64,000 nucleotides of DNA from Eledone cirrhosa (lineage: Eukaryota), in assembly GCA_964016885.1 (NCBI GenBank), contig OZ024740.1, positions 189,038,001 to 189,102,000 of the forward strand, read 5' to 3'. The position numbers and the translations under genes were made by a program. Of this stretch, positions 1-14,734 are shown one piece after another (position 1 is the first letter of the stretch; every line of letters starts with the position of its first letter). The notes under the pieces are model-generated. The model had not been told where the DNA came from. It saw only the letters and a program-made list of their open reading frames with translations, and did not search any database.

Positions 1-320
1 TCCACACCACCCCTTCAATGTAAAGTTATGTTGGTGTCACAACATCCAGCCCGAAACAAATGAGGTCGTGTAGGTGTCATGACAAAAAAACACACAGTCC
101 ACGCTGTAATGTGGCCGTGTAGGCAACACGGTAAAAACCTCCCAGTTCCACACTGTAAATGTGGTTGGTGTTAGGAAGGGCATCCAGCCGTAGAAAACCC
201 GCCAGACAGTCCTATGCGAGCAAGACAACCACTCTTGCCTCAAGTGGGAAAACCCCCATCCAAACCCATGCAAGCGTGGAATATGGACGTTAAACTATGA
301 TGATGATGATGATGATGATA
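1..320 (+). mobile_element. 3' UTR fragment of RTE LINE (same family as 3733-6390) with (GAT)n tail
   Basis: Closely matches the 5960-6390 3' UTR, with one copy of the internal repeat; ends GGACGTTAAACT(ATG)n. Confidence 0.85.
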
Positions 321-2973
321 TATATGTGTGTGTGTCGTGTATGTATATAGGTAAATGTATGTACATATATGCATATATTTTTGTGTGTATATATATATAC
401 AGAGAGAGAGAAAGAGGGAGAGTCTGTTGTACTGGGACCAAGGAGAGCACAAATCATGGGAGTACTCAATGCATGGGGAGAAGCAGAGTGGGTATAGAGG
501 TAGGTATAAAGCAGTGCTGGCAACTACTAGTAGGTTAATAGTTTCCCTGTGTGGGGGTTACATGATTCCTTGTGTTGCTGAATTAGAATATATTTCAAAA
601 CAAATGATGTGAACTCTTTCATTACCATATTTATAATAAAATACATGGTATATGAATTTATTAATGAAGAAATTTGAGGGATTTAGTAAAATTATTTATT
701 ATTTTATTAAAAACAAACATTATTGGAGTTTAAATTTCAATAGGGACCTATTAAACTGGGTAGATTTGTGTCATAGGACTAGAGGTAGTTTTGTGAGGGA
801 TGGTAAAAATAGTTGCTTGGTTAACAACACAAGTCTTGTTTTGATCTGAAATTATCACAAGAGTTAACAGGAGAGCATCCTATATCTAAGACATAAATAA
901 AGGAGAATTTGTCTTGAGAGATCAATTTTAGAAAGACTTAGTCTGCAATTTCCAAATCAGAAGAACATTTTAAGCCTTTCATTACCATATTTCTAAAACA
1001 TTCTATTTTAATTACTTCATGAAGAATTGGGGAATATTAAGTATTTTGTGACTAATATAGTAACTTGACATATGGTTCTTATATAAAATTATGTTTGAAA
1101 GTTTTATTTTAAATTGGAACTCTTTAAAATGGGAGATTTTCTTTCATGGAACCAGGGCAAGGTTTGGGTGGTATGGTATTAAAATAGTTAACACAAAAAT
1201 TTGGGAGATTAATTAATGAGATAGTACAAGTAAGGAAGTTGGGGAAATCACTCTGGTGTTGCTGCAAATTTATCTTGAATAATGGTTCCTCAACATATTT
1301 TATTTCAGAAATCTTAAATGATTTTCAAAAAAATTGAAGATTATTTATACAATTTAAAAATGGCAAAAATATTTTTCAAGTTTTCGCAGTTATCAACATC
1401 CTAATTTCAACAACACATTAAACGAGGGAGAGAATTTATTCATAAAAATACAACATATATTGGATTTTTATTACCAGATATCTTATCTTATGGAACCCTG
1501 TTAGGAGGCACTGTTATATACTGATAGGTCATAGTTCATAAATTTAGGGTTGATACATGACAGTTTCAAAATTTATTTCAAAATGTTACTGCACTAGATA
1601 GGTTTCCTATAGTATAGAGCATGTTTCTATCATCTTGTCAGTCACAATATACAAAACATGAAATATAACTACGAAAATGTTTGTACATATAGTTATGTGC
1701 ACCTTTGCATTCATATATATTGAAGTAGACACCTATACATGTTTGCATTCTCATATATACTTCTATAGTCTTGCATGTGTGTACACACAGTTATATTTAT
1801 ATATTTTGTTCCTAACTTATTTGAAGGAATGGTAGTGCCTATAATCTTCTGAAACTGGTGTGGTAAAGATAGGGAGAAGCCATGACTCTTGGGTTGTTAC
1901 AGCTGGAAACAGCACAGCAGGATATCCAGTTATCCTAAGACCACAGGGTTGAACTGACTGTTTACAACAGGTTGAAATTCACTAAAAGTACCTAAGGGCT
2001 TGGTACGAAACCAAGGAAAGGATTAGAACAAGTATAGTCAATCTGATGACTTCTTACCTGTATAACTAATTTTTACAGACAAACCTTTGGTTTTCTTGAA
2101 GCTATGTTTGAAGATGTTTGCCAAAGGTACTATATGGTGGGATTAAACACAGAACCATATAATTGCGAAGTGAACTTTTTAACCATGCAGTCATACTTAC
2201 ACCTACATACAAAAGAAGGAGAAATAAAAATAAAGAAGAAAAATATACACAAGTCATTTGAGTGAATGTACTACTTAAATTTCCCTCCCAGTCGGCCATT
2301 TACATTTTTTGAGTCATGAAATTGGTTATAAACTGAAGCTAATGGCTACACGAAGTTTAATACATTTAGCTTTCTTTGTGTAAAGTTCACCTTGTCAACA
2401 GGCAGTTCTGTATTTTTTTATTCACCACTTTTACTATCACTTATCCTCTTTAAAGGTAGAAATACTATATTTCCACAGAGTTGTAAATCTATATGTAAAA
2501 CTACACATGTAATGATCACTGAATACTAAGTATTATACATAAATACACATACTCAAATATGAACAGTTTCACAAGCAAATATTCAGGCTAGTTCTGCTAC
2601 ATTGCTGATATGTAACTTGAGTATTTTTATGAACATATATTTTTTTGTCTGTTTGTATTTTTGTATATAATACATATGTGTAATGACATAGTTTTTGCTA
2701 ATACCATATATATATGTAAATATATATATACAAGCATACACATGCACACCCACAGATATATATTTATATTCATATATGCACGTATGTACATTCACACATT
2801 TCATTCATTTAGTCATATAGATATTTATTGGAAAAAGAGGTCTTGAGAGGTTAAATGCATAGGTAATTTAAAGAATAAGCTGAATACTGTATATGTCTCA
2901 TACAAATTTCAGAACAAATTGACTATATATAAGCTCGGTATCCCTTTAGCTATTACTAAGAACTGTTTGCTGC

Positions 2974-3009
<36 letters not shown>

Positions 3010-3119
3010 TTAATATATATTTACATATATAAACACTGCTAGCAAGTACAGCAGACATTAAATGATAATGACAATGATAATATAATTCTATATATATTAT
3101 ATATATATATATATATATA

Positions 3120-3280
3120 GTAATAATGATAAATGTGAAGACCAAAATCCAAAGAGGGCTCGATAAGGATCAAAATATATTAAATATCTAAGAACCATAG
3201 AGCAAATATTTATTGAAATAACAGATTAAAGTTTAAGCAAAGAATCACTGCTTTCACCCTTAACAGGATCTTCTGACACT
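3120..3280 (-). mobile_element. PLE-like terminal fragment with degenerate hammerhead core; related copies at 42870-43012 (fold-back) and 58775-58830
   Basis: Shared ATTAAAGTTTAAGCAA; minus strand reads CAGAAGA-TCC-TGTTAA-GGGT-GAAA. Confidence 0.45.
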
Positions 3281-3732
3281 AAAAAAAATCAATCTGTGAA
3301 CGCAGAAGTAAATATTTCAAATAACGTTGCAGCCGAAGGAAAACATGTAGATGATACTTTGGTTCATGAAGACGTTCCCTGGCAATGAACGCAAAAAAGC
3401 GAAGATAATACGTTATGTGGAGCGATGAGAACAATTACACGCAAAGACAAAACCACGTTTATGGTATAAATGGAGTCATTAGATTAATATTCTATTTGGG
3501 AAACCGAATGATTCTTGGCTTCGGAGTTAAGAATAATGTAAATAAATTTGTTGAACGAAAATGACAGAGGTTATTGAAATCATAAAAGTAATAATAATTA
3601 AATATATACATGCACACATCTATATACATACATATACGTACATACACATGCATATGCGAAAACAGACGCCAAACATACATATACATGCACATACCCGTAA
3701 AACGGTGATGATGATGATGATGATATATATAT

Positions 3733-6390
3733 AGAGTCGGACAATATAGAGGGACAGTGGGAATTCCTGAAAGCAAACCTGCTGATGGCGGCAGACGAAG
3801 TCTGTGGCCGGAGCAGGCCTATAGGCAGGAGGAGAGTATCATGGTGGTGGAACAGTAAGGTGGAGGAGTCTATTAAGGCCAAAAAGCAGGCTTGGAAAAT
3901 ATGGCGGGATGGGGGAAGTAGAGAAGACTATCAAGTGGCCAGGAGGGAGGCTAGGAGACAAGTGTACTTTGCAAGAAGGGAAGCAGAGGAAAGAAAGTTC
4001 AAGCATGTTCTACAACGCGAGGACCAAAAACGTGAGGTGTTCAGGATTGCTAGGCAATGTGTCAAGGAAAACCGTGATATTGTTGGGGAGAAGTGTGTAC
4101 TAAATGATGATGGCGTACTCGCCATCACTGACGCTGATAAGAAGGTCGCTTGGAAGTGTCACTACGAGAGGCTACTAAATGAGGAGAATAAATGGGAGAA
4201 GGATAGTCTCCCCCAGATCGATCCAATAGAGGGACCAGCAGTGTTAGTTGAAGGTAGTATAATAAGTAAGGCGATCAAAGATATGAAGACAGGTAAGGCG
4301 GCTGGGCCTTCGGAAATAGTCGCTGAGATGCTGAAGGCCTCTGGAACGGTGGGACACACCATGGTCACCCGGATAGTAAACCAAGTCATACAGAATGGGG
4401 TTGTTCCGAAGGACTGGCATAGCAACATCATCATTAACTGTTACAAGGGTAAAGGAGACGCCCTAGATAGGAGTAACTATAGAGGGATTAAATTAATCGA
4501 CCAGGTCATGAAGGTCACGGAAAAAGTAATAGTGCAACTAATCAGAGAGAGAATCGATCTAGATGAAATGCAGTTCGGGTTTGTGTCAGGAAAAAGTACC
4601 ACAGACGCTCTTTTCATTGTACGACAACTACAGGAGAAGTACCTAGCTAAAAGTAAACCCCTATACTTAGCCTTTGTCGACTTGGAGAAAGCCTTCGACA
4701 GAGTCCCCCGTTCCATTATCTGGTGGGCTCTTAGAAAATTAGGTGTTGACGAATGGCTTGTGAGAGCTATACAAGCCATGTATAAAGAAACAGTGAGCAA
4801 GGTTAGAATTAACAACGAATATAGTGAAGAGTTTAGCGTAAAAGTTGGTGTCCATCAGGGCTCTGTTCTTAGCCCCCTACTATTCATTATTGCTCTTCAG
4901 GCTATAACAGAGGAGTTCAAGACCGGCTGCCCATGGGAACTCCTATACGCAGATGATCTAACGCTCATAGCTGAATCAATGGCCGAGCTAGAGAAGAAAT
5001 TCCAAACATGGAAGCACGGCCTAGAATCAAAAGGCCTTAAAATTAACATGGCTAAGACTAAAGTTCTAGTTTGTAGGAAAGAAAATAAGGCGCCGGTCCC
5101 TTCCGGGAAATGGCCATGCTCAGTGTGTAGGAAAGGCGTAGGTAGAAACTCCATTTTATGTCCCAAATGCAAAGTATGGGTGCATAAAAGATGTAATGGG
5201 ATCACAGGTAAGCTAACTAAGAACACAGATTTTACATGTGGCCGGTACTCTGGTGCAATAAGTAGCAGCAAGTGCCCACAAAATACTAGCTCTTTCAACT
5301 GCGCAGAGGGTTCTATAGAAATAGTGGACAGCTTCCGTTACCTGGGTGACAAAATCAGCAGTGGGGGAGGGTGCTCCGAAAGTACAGTAGCTAGAGTCAG
5401 AACTGGATGGAAAAAGTTCAGAGAGCTTATACCACTATTAGCCGCTAAAGGGTTCTCCCTAAAAGTGAAAGGCAGGTTGTATGATGCCTGCATACGAACA
5501 GCAATGTTGCATGGCAGTGAGACCTGGGAATTGTGTGCAGAGGATATACGCAGACTAGAGAGGAACGAAGCTTGCATGCTCCGCTGGATGTGTAATATAA
5601 TATACGTGAACGGCAAAGCATAAACGAACTAAGGAAAAAATTAGAAATAAGAGGGATCAGATGTTGTTTACTCGAGAGAAGGCTACGTTGGTATGGTCAC
5701 GTGATGTGCATGAAAGACGACAGCTGTATAACAAAGTGCAGGGCAATAAAGATAGACGGTAGCCACGGAGTAGGCAGACCCAGAAAAACCTGGGACGAGC
5801 TCACACACTTACACCTCTCCAAGACAATGTCACTGGACCGAGACCTTTGGCGGTACTCAGTAACAGAGAAGACCCGCGTTACCTAAATACAAAGTAAAAC
5901 CTACTACAGTCAGTAGGCATCTCTAACAAAATACACCCCCGTCCCACCACCCCCACCCCATCCACACCGCCCCTTTCAGTGTAAAGTTATGTTGGTGCCA
6001 CAAAATCCAGGCCGAAACAAATGAGATCGTGTAGGTGTCACAAAAAAAAAACACACAGTCCACGCTGTAATGTGACCGTGTAGGCAACACGGTAAAAACG
6101 TCCCAGTCCCACACTGTAAATGTGGTTGGTGTTAGGAAGGGCATGCAGCTGTAGAAAACCTGCCAGACAGTCCACGCTGTAATGTGGCCGTGTAGGCAAC
6201 ACGGTAAAAACCTCCCAGCCCCACACTGTAAATGTGGTTGGTGTTAGGAAGGGCATCCAACTGTAGAAAACCCGCCAGACAGTCCTATGCGAGCAAGACA
6301 ACCACTCTTGCCTCAAGTGGGAAAACTCCCGTCCAAACCCATTCAAGCATGGAACACGGACGTTAAACGATGATGATGATGATGATGATA
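3733..6390 (+). mobile_element. 5'-truncated RTE-clade LINE in a (TA)n tract, with 3' UTR (internal ~120-bp duplication) and (GAT)n tail
   Basis: RT ORF, C-terminal RLRWYGHV and GRPRKTW motifs, GGACGTTAAAC(GAT)n end, TA repeats on both sides; no endonuclease domain seen. Confidence 0.93.
3785..5886 (+). pseudogene. RTE reverse transcriptase ORF, open for 612 aa, then a 1-bp frameshift near 5597; contains a PHD-like Cys/His finger
   Basis: Motifs NYRGIKL, QFGF, FVDLEKAFDRV, GVHQGSVLSPLLF, LLYADDL, FRYLG; the copy at 46601-47038 reads through (CNSNIRERQS). Confidence 0.92.
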
Positions 6391-7094
6391 TATATATATA
6401 TATATATATAAGTAGAAGGGATATTCAATTTGTTGGTAATTCAACAAATATAAATGTTTATAACTGATTCAGAGCACTCTATAGATTTTCTGGAGTATAA
6501 TATACAATGATATTAAATAAATGGAAACTATATTTATAAAACCATATTTATTCTGTTATATATATATTTTAATTCTGACATTATTTTTAATTCCGACATT
6601 ATTTTTCTAAGGACACCTCTCTAAATATAATTTTAGATGTAGATTTATAATCTTTAAATGACATTCAGAAAATTTATCCTTTTATGATAGATCTTCGAAA
6701 AACACATTACATTTTTCCTCTCTCTTTTTGTTATTCAAACATTCACACATCTTTCGACTAAAATAATGGATCACACAAAATAATATATAATTTTCTCTAT
6801 ATATTTCGGAGTAAATCATTCATCTAATTTAATGGTTAACAAACAAAATTGGAGTTATCTTTCCTTTCTCAATTGTGCAAACATAAACATATTATGTTTG
6901 ATAATCTGTATAGCTTCACTAAATTAACAATATTCTGAAAACATTTTCAATGTTGAACAAAATTTTTGAATCCACAAATTGTTCTACTCTCATAACTTGA
7001 ACCACCTATTTTTAAGTAAAATACAAAATCAACATCCTTCTTAAATCATATTTGATATATAAACAACTATAGCGAGGATACTAGGTTGTATGAA

Positions 7095-7439
7095 TGTAAC
7101 AAGGAATACATTGTTTGTGTGTGTATAATATTTAATTAACAATGGTAGATAGTATAGTTGACATGTCAAAGATGAGGATGATAGAATGAAGCAAAGTTAG
7201 TAGTTACCGTTTTGATTGCCAGGCAAACGCGGCTGGCAGAGGACGCCTGGCTAAGGCCAGGCGCCTGTTGGCCAAATGAATGGCAGAGCCAAATGAGAGG
7301 CTCTTGGCCTGGTGCCGAAAAGGCAGTGAGAGAATGAGAGCTTAAAGTTGTTAGTTTTATAGGGTTCTGACCGGAAGTTGCAGAAAGGGTTCCACTTCCC
7401 GTCTAGATCCTAATCAAAACAAGGGAGACAACCGCTACA
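7095..7439 (-). mobile_element. Possible solo LTR
   Basis: Minus strand TGTAGC...GTTACA termini, TATAAAA, CT-rich tract, ATTAAA; GC-richer than the flanks; no TSD found. Confidence 0.4.
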
Positions 7440-7866
7440 CAACTAATACATACGCCATTTATTAATATATATATAGATATTTATATACATATAACCTATC
7501 GTAATGTAATAAGATAAAAATACTTACAACCATAATTCCTCATATAATCTAATTGATTATATATACAATATTATAACTCATAATATAGGTAAATAATTTT
7601 TTTCCCCCAAATTAACGTAAATGCTAGCTCTTCTTCCTTTCTCTTCTTTCCTATGCATACAATAACTTATCATAATTATTTAAATTTTCCATAGCATCTA
7701 AAATAACGTTTTTTTCAGCCCTTTTACCTAAACCTCATTTGCATACTCATCTTAATAATTTGAAATATCTGACTTTTCTTCTCTTATCCCTTCACTATCC
7801 AAGGATAACTTGAACCGTTAAGGTATATTCTCTTTGGTTATGTCAACATTTATAAAACACACTTCG

Positions 7867-7927
7867 TATTGTATCTGATGATAGCGTACCGAAATTTTGG
7901 TACTGTTGAAATATATATAATAGAATA
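7867..7927 (+). ncRNA. Type-I hammerhead ribozyme motif (family A)
   Basis: TATTGTAT-CTGATGA-TAGCGTACC/GGTACTGTT-GAAA-TATATA-TA^ATAGAATA. Confidence 0.75.
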
Positions 7928-9449
7928 AATATGGTTTTATAAATATAGTTTCCATTTATTTAATATCATCGTATATATATATATATCATCATCATTTAAC
8001 ATCTTGAAAATGCACCTAGTACACCTGGTAGGGTGGTTGGCGATAAAAAGGAAACCTTGCTCTAGAAACCAATCCTAAAAGGGTTGAAAGGACCCTTCAT
8101 TTTTGTTAAAGATCTGACAACCTCCCTAGTGCTGGTACAATGATAAAAAGTAATAATGTACTTGGTAGAACGTGGAACTCTATGTAAGGGAGGTGGAAAC
8201 CTCGAACCTTCTTGGGAGGTCAACAGCATGCTTCCATACTCACTCAGTCTGTGAAGACCCATCCAACCTTACTAGGGAAAGTGGACATTAAATGATGATG
8301 ATGATGATGATATATAATGTAATTCTTTAAATAGTTATTCATAAAATGTGCCAATTAAATAGGCAGTTTGATAAAGGGGTTAATGGAAGCTTAACTGGTT
8401 TTAGAACTATAAAATACATTTTATTCAACATCAAAAGAATGATCTCATTATATATTCTCTAATTAGATGTACCAAAGAAATAACCACGAATCTTTGATTT
8501 TTACCAAGAAACATTTAGTTAGCTTGTTCGTTAGTTCATTCTAAACATGTTTGTGTATTAGCAATTCTCCGACAGTGTTCTCAATCAGTTACATATTCTT
8601 CTATGTTTTCTCATTGTCTGTTGACAGCTATCTGATTCTCATGAAAGACTCAGCAACATGCTGTTTGTAGCTTCCTCCATAATTTTCTTCTTCCTAGTGG
8701 CATCCATTTCAAAACTGTTTTTCTAATACAAACCAATGATCTGGCTGCTACAGGATGTGATTAGTCAGTCACATTTTTTTTTTGTTCTTATACTATGTTT
8801 TCGAGTCTTCATGGTGTTGCTATTCACAAATCTTCTTTGTCTCTGATATGATTATGGAGCAGAATTCTCAAGAGATTTCTGAACTGCTTTTGGTGAAAAT
8901 CATTCAACCATTTGGAAATTTTCCCAGGATTCTTCTACACTTTGCTAGATTAGAGGGCCATTGGTTTTTATGATAGTATTATACAGGTGGATTTTTTTGT
9001 TGATACCTAATGTCTTCATGGATTAAATTTTTATATTCACTGAAATACTGCTGCCACCTTTCTAATATTACTGTACAATTTATCTTGATTTAATTACAAC
9101 TGCATATAATAAACCTGTAATCTTTATTTTTATTTAATTGATAATGCTTGATGGTAGTAGCAGCAATGATTGTTACAATGACAATCATTATTCTTATTGA
9201 TATTATATTGATACTGAGCTTATGCTTTAGAAATATTTTATAGTAATGACTGGTTATTACTTGATATTAATTCAAATATATTCGCAAAATATTTTTAAAA
9301 GTAAGCAAAAAATCACTGGATAGATACTTAAAGATCTACATAGCTGCTATAATACTAAATCCTGTATCTTTTACGTGTCAACTCTAATTTTCCTAAAACT
9401 GTTTTGTGTGGTCATCTTTTGATTATTGCTATTATTATAAACCCTCTAA

Positions 9450-9665
9450 GGGATGTGGAATGGCAGTATCAGTAAAAAGTCAGACGCTATACTTAGCAGC
9501 ATAGAGTTACATGATTTTGTTATGAGTACATATCTTGCCGAGGTTAGCTTTCCCATTCATCCTTACAAAGTCGATAAAATAAAGCACCAACAAATCACTG
9601 GGGTTGATTTAATCGGCTTCCCCACCCCACAATTGTTGGCCTTGTGCCTAAATCCGGAACCATTA
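9450..9665 (+). mobile_element. tRNA-derived SINE, family 2, with ~19-bp TSD
   Basis: Core CATCCTT..GTCGATAAAATAAAGYACCA; flanks ATTATTATAAAC(C/T)CTCTAA. Other copies near 10790-10990(-), 11770-11965, 12320-12410(-), 14410-14600, 19050-19265, 34345-34560, 34660-34840, 39400-39680 and 41375-41505(-). Confidence 0.7.
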
Positions 9666-10014
9666 TTATAAACTCTCTAAACTTTATAAAATATAAGTTT
9701 CTACACTTTGAAAAGAGATATCACTGATATTTAGGACAGAGCTCTTCTTTGGAGGAATGAAAAGGTTGTTGGAAGGTTGTAACACTTTGCCTGAAATCTC
9801 AGAACTCACTGTTTTCTAAACCATACAAGATTATTTTTTGGATTTTATACATTTTCACTAGTTTCTTTAGATTCATTTTGTTATCTTATTCTTTGCAAAT
9901 AAACACACTTTTTGTTGAAATTTGACACAAAAACATTGATAAATCAATCACAAGTCAATAATAAATCAATCAATTACAAGTATTTAGTATTGTTGCTCAA
10001 CAACAAAACACCCC

Positions 10015-10260
10015 TCCTCCTCTTCTTCTTCTTCTTCTTCTTCTTCTTCGCTCAATTATTTATGAGAGGGTTGTGATGGCAGTGGGTCCTTTCAGAAGCA
10101 GCTGTCTCCAATTGATCCACTTGGAGCCCCAAGCGAGAACAGCTGAGCTCTTGGATGTTATCCAACCATCTTGCTCAGGGTCTACCCCTTGGTCTCATGC
10201 TGGTTGTTTACAGTTAGGGTTACACAGCCAATCAAAAACATGTGGCAGCTATTAGTTTCA
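10015..10260 (-). mobile_element. 3' end of a second RTE family with (GAA)n tail
   Basis: Minus strand RGRP-ARWL-like coding end; resembles 52640-52840. Confidence 0.6.
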
Positions 10261-13200
10261 CCATTACAAGAATTCATAGAACCAATTTTATCATATATTT
10301 TCATATTGCTAAGTAAATAGGTCAATTTTTGATTTAGAATATACACATTTGTCACAGTTATTATCTCATGCTGTAGTAACTGAATTCAACACTCCAAGCT
10401 GTTGGAATACATGTCAATTTTATAATGCTATAACTGTTTATTTGGTGAATTATACCAACTGATGTATAGCATGAGGGAGTTCGTACTCATTGTATTGCTG
10501 GCTGGTTGTTTAGTATTTTATTGTTTTAGCTATTCTTGGTCATAAAATGTTTAGGTAAATAGCATATAATCTTTATATATAATATTCTTTATATAATACT
10601 TATATTTGTTATAAGAGACCAATGAATATTATAATGTATAGGCACAACAGTGGGGAAATGTTATTGTATTAATATAACCTCATGCAATTTGGCAGCTTCT
10701 AACCTCTATCCAAAGATGCTTGACAGTTAACTAGTTAAATAATCTGTTAAAGAGGATTAGTCATTATAATTTGGGCCAGAAATATTGATTTCTAATTGAG
10801 AAACAAGTCTGGCATATTTGGGGGAAGTGCAAAGTTGATTAAAACAACCTCAGTACAAAAACTGGCATATTATTTTATTGACCCGATGATGATGAAAGAC
10901 AAAATTGACTTCAGCAAGATTTGAATTCAGAATGTTATGATTGCAATGGTATTTTATCCGATGCTCTACTAATTCTACATGTCCACTACTGTAAGTTTGG
11001 CAAAGAATATTGATAATGCCATTTTGATGCTAGATCAAAACTAGTAGGTCTTTTGGAAAAGTATTTTTTGCATTAGATCTTAAAAAATCTGGAATAAATT
11101 TCTTATAGATTTATCCAAGGATGATGTTGAATGATAATAATGATGCTATAATCCTTTATTATTCCTTGAATTATAAAATTATTCATGAAATTGTGAGGAA
11201 CAGAAATATATAATTTGAAATTTTTTTTATTCATTTCAACATTTCATATTAAAAGGCTGAAACTGCCCCTGGTTTTATGCTGTTTGTTTTAAAGTGTATG
11301 AGTTGTAGTGCACCTGAGCACTATACACAATAATTTTCTTTATTATTATATCTTCTTTGTCCACTTTTTCCTGGGAAGGTTGTCGGAACAGAGACCTCAA
11401 ACATGCCTTCCAGCAGTTCCTGTCTAGTGAGTCTTTCTTGAGACATTCTAACAACTTTGCTGCTACTAAAGTGTATACATTTATGAAAAAAAAGAAAAAA
11501 ATTCTATTCTAATTTTATGTAAGATCAAAACACTAATTTGATAATGAAAAAGTTAGATATATTATCAAAACCCTCCAAATTCTTGATTATTTTCTAAATT
11601 ATTTACAAATTCTAGGCAGTGTCTTTTAGTAGAAATGTAAGAAAATGTGGTAATACAATGCTATTTTCTATGTCATTATGCTTACATATCTGGTTGTTGC
11701 TAAGATAATGAATTTCAGTTTATTGTTTATACTCTCGCTAAACTAGGTAACCTCTCGTGACATTGAATTAGTAGAGCGTCAGTTTTAATGTTTCGTAAAG
11801 TATTTAGTTAAATCTGTTTTGTTTTTTATTTCAAATCTTGCCAGCATCAACTTCTAAATTTCCTTGCTGGGGGTCGATGAAATAAGTACCAGTCAAATGC
11901 TGTGGTTGATTCAATGAACTGTAGTCCTCCATTAAAATTTCCGGCCTTGTGCTCCAGTTAGAAATAATCTTTACTCCTACACATCCTCTCTCCCTATTCC
12001 TCCAACTACCCTTCTCTTTCCCCTCTCTTTCTCTCTCTCATACACACTCATACAAACATATGTAAGCTTCACACACTGATTCGTTTTACAACTATTCCAG
12101 AGGATAGGTGTGTGAGAAAGTCTCGAAATTGAAAGAGTAGAGCATATTCTTTTGAGAATTCAATTTTCCATGACGTCATAAAATTGTTTTCATGGTCGAT
12201 ATTATTCATAGAGTCGTTTCTAATTACTTTTTTTTTTACTATTGGGAGAAACTAGAAATATTTTACCGTCAATTTTGCTGCCATATATTTCCTATGAAAA
12301 TCACTAATGGAGAAATAATAATAATTGTTTCTACTTTTGGCACAAGGCCAGCACTTATCCAGTGCATTACTGGTACTTTATTTATCGACCCCATACGGAT
12401 GAAAGGCAAAGTTATAAAGACATTTACATACATTCATAGCGATATCACCATATTCCATATAATTATATACAATAGCCACACGAATCAAGGGACGCTACTC
12501 ATAATTTGAGCAGAGAGTTATATCTCATGCTATTCTATCGTTGTTATTATTAGAAGTGTTGCATATCATAGAATCTCCAACATATCATATTCTACTATGC
12601 TACAACATCATACTATATTATGTAGCTATATCGTTTGGAGCTATTGCAGATATTGTTTCTGAATAACTATCTTAATAAGGCATATTTTAAATAGAACATG
12701 TTATAGAGGTACATTTTCGAAGACGTAGATAAAAAAAAATGAAAAAGCGTCCATTCCCTCGCAATTTAGAATTGTAGAAATGCTATTACATCCCTGGAGA
12801 AATTTGTTGACATTATTCTTATTAATATGATTCATTAACATGAAATTGGAAGATATGATGAAATCAAAAATCAAACTTTAGGATTACTCTACTACAAACA
12901 CAATTATATAGTATTCAGTAAATGAAAATATTAACTAACTAACATACAATAATGAAAATATAAAAAGAAAATTCAATTTATTTGGGAAAATAATTATCAA
13001 CCTAATTGTAATCTGCACAATAGAAAACGCATCTCAACGAAATTTCATAAAAAGGATATGCATTACAGACAACAATATATCGAAATCTGTTGTCAGACTA
13101 ATAAAATCCAGAACGTGGCTGTGAGAACGTGTCAACAAAAAAGGAGTTTTGCTCTCTCATTAAATTCTTATTATGAACTATTATTTTATCGTGTAATTTT

Positions 13201-14734
13201 AATTTATTTATATTTTTGTAAGTACACATATACGCACGCGTTTGTTTGTCATAAGTATTAAAAAATTATCATTAAATATACTGAGTAATTGATTCAGTAT
13301 TTCAAAATTGATATGAAAAGTGATTTTTCTTACAGTCATTGATACAATTGTTTATTTAAAGTCTTCATTTCATCCACATTTCCGAAATATATATGCATAC
13401 GCACATTGGTGTGAAAGGGAAGTAAAAAGACAGAGAGAGAGAGAGCAAAATATAATGATTTGATAAAGAATGTTTGAAATCTTTAATTTTTTAATTTTTT
13501 ATTTAAACTCCTAGTCTTTTATTCACAGTTGTATAACATTATAATAATATAATGCTTACAGAACGAAAACGGAAACACAAACAAATATAATATATACAAA
13601 TATAAACGCATAAAATAGAGATTAAAAATCCATAAAAATAAAGAAGAAAAGAAAAACGGGGTTGCAATTCACCACTAAGTGCAATAACCAGCCGCACATC
13701 ACATCATAAGGGTTTACTAAACACTTTGAGGCAAGCCAACACGCTCGCAGCATTGCCACGGGTGACAGTATTTTTGAAATTTTGGATTTAACTGCAGATA
13801 TTCATTTCCTTCCGTTAAATATTTTATACTTGAAATTCATTATCTTTCATTTAGAAAATGTTTTAATTTTAAGTTCTAGATATATTAAACTCTTAAGAAG
13901 TGTTATTATTTTTAGTTAAAGAAAATTCTGATTTGATTAGATTTAATTTCATTTAGTAAAGCAGATTTTTGTCGAGGAAAGAATCGTTTCCTCATTTCAT
14001 TATTATCTTAAATCGACCCTAGTGCATAATTGGTACTTTATTTTAACGATCCCGTAAGGATGAAAAACAAAGTTAATACCACTGAACATATTTAAAGAAA
14101 GATATAAGTATTTTAATCTTACAATATTTCACTAAAAACAATCTGCTGTTTTAATGTACATATGTTTTCCTCCGATAAATAAAAACCATCACATGTAAGG
14201 GAGAGTAAACAGACTTGACTTTTCATTGATGTAGAGTTATTTCCCTTAGATACAAGTTTCGTATCTCTCATCATTTGTTCAAATTACTATTCCTGTAATT
14301 TTATTTTATTTTATTTTATTTTAAGGTTTCCTTGATGTAACTTTTCTATTATAGAAACTTTAATTAAAATTCTCCCTGGGACATGCATTATTTTATCTGT
14401 AGCTTTGGGGGTGGGGATGTCAGAATCGTTAGTGTATAAGATAAATTACGGTAGTATCTTCTAAATATTCCATTATTTCTAAATAATACATTGTGGTTTT
14501 TGGTGAGCTCACTGTGTATTCTGAGTTCAAATTTATTGAAATCAACCTTGCTTGCTTTCTATATTGATACCAATAAGTACCAGTCACGTATCTATATCGA
14601 TATAAACAACTATAACATTAAAAGTGGTTCCCCAACGTGACCAGAGTCCAACAATAAAAATTAGTAAAAAGAACAAACGTGTGAAAGCAATTGTCTCAAA
14701 AATCTATTTTGAATATATATATAGATAGATATAT

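Larger units (their letters stand above)
6411..7972. mobile_element. Split fold-back PLE element (family A): arms 6411-6560 and 7797-7972, separated by ~1.2 kb
   Basis: Both arms match the contiguous element at 44428-44830. Confidence 0.65.

Noticed and set aside
3931-5616. Minus-strand and alternative-frame ORFs overlapping the RT
   Set aside because: Shadow ORFs of the LINE coding sequence
13655-13800. GC-richer unique island as a possible exon
   Set aside because: No convincing splice-site pair or recognisable peptide; could be a conserved non-coding element but this cannot be tested here
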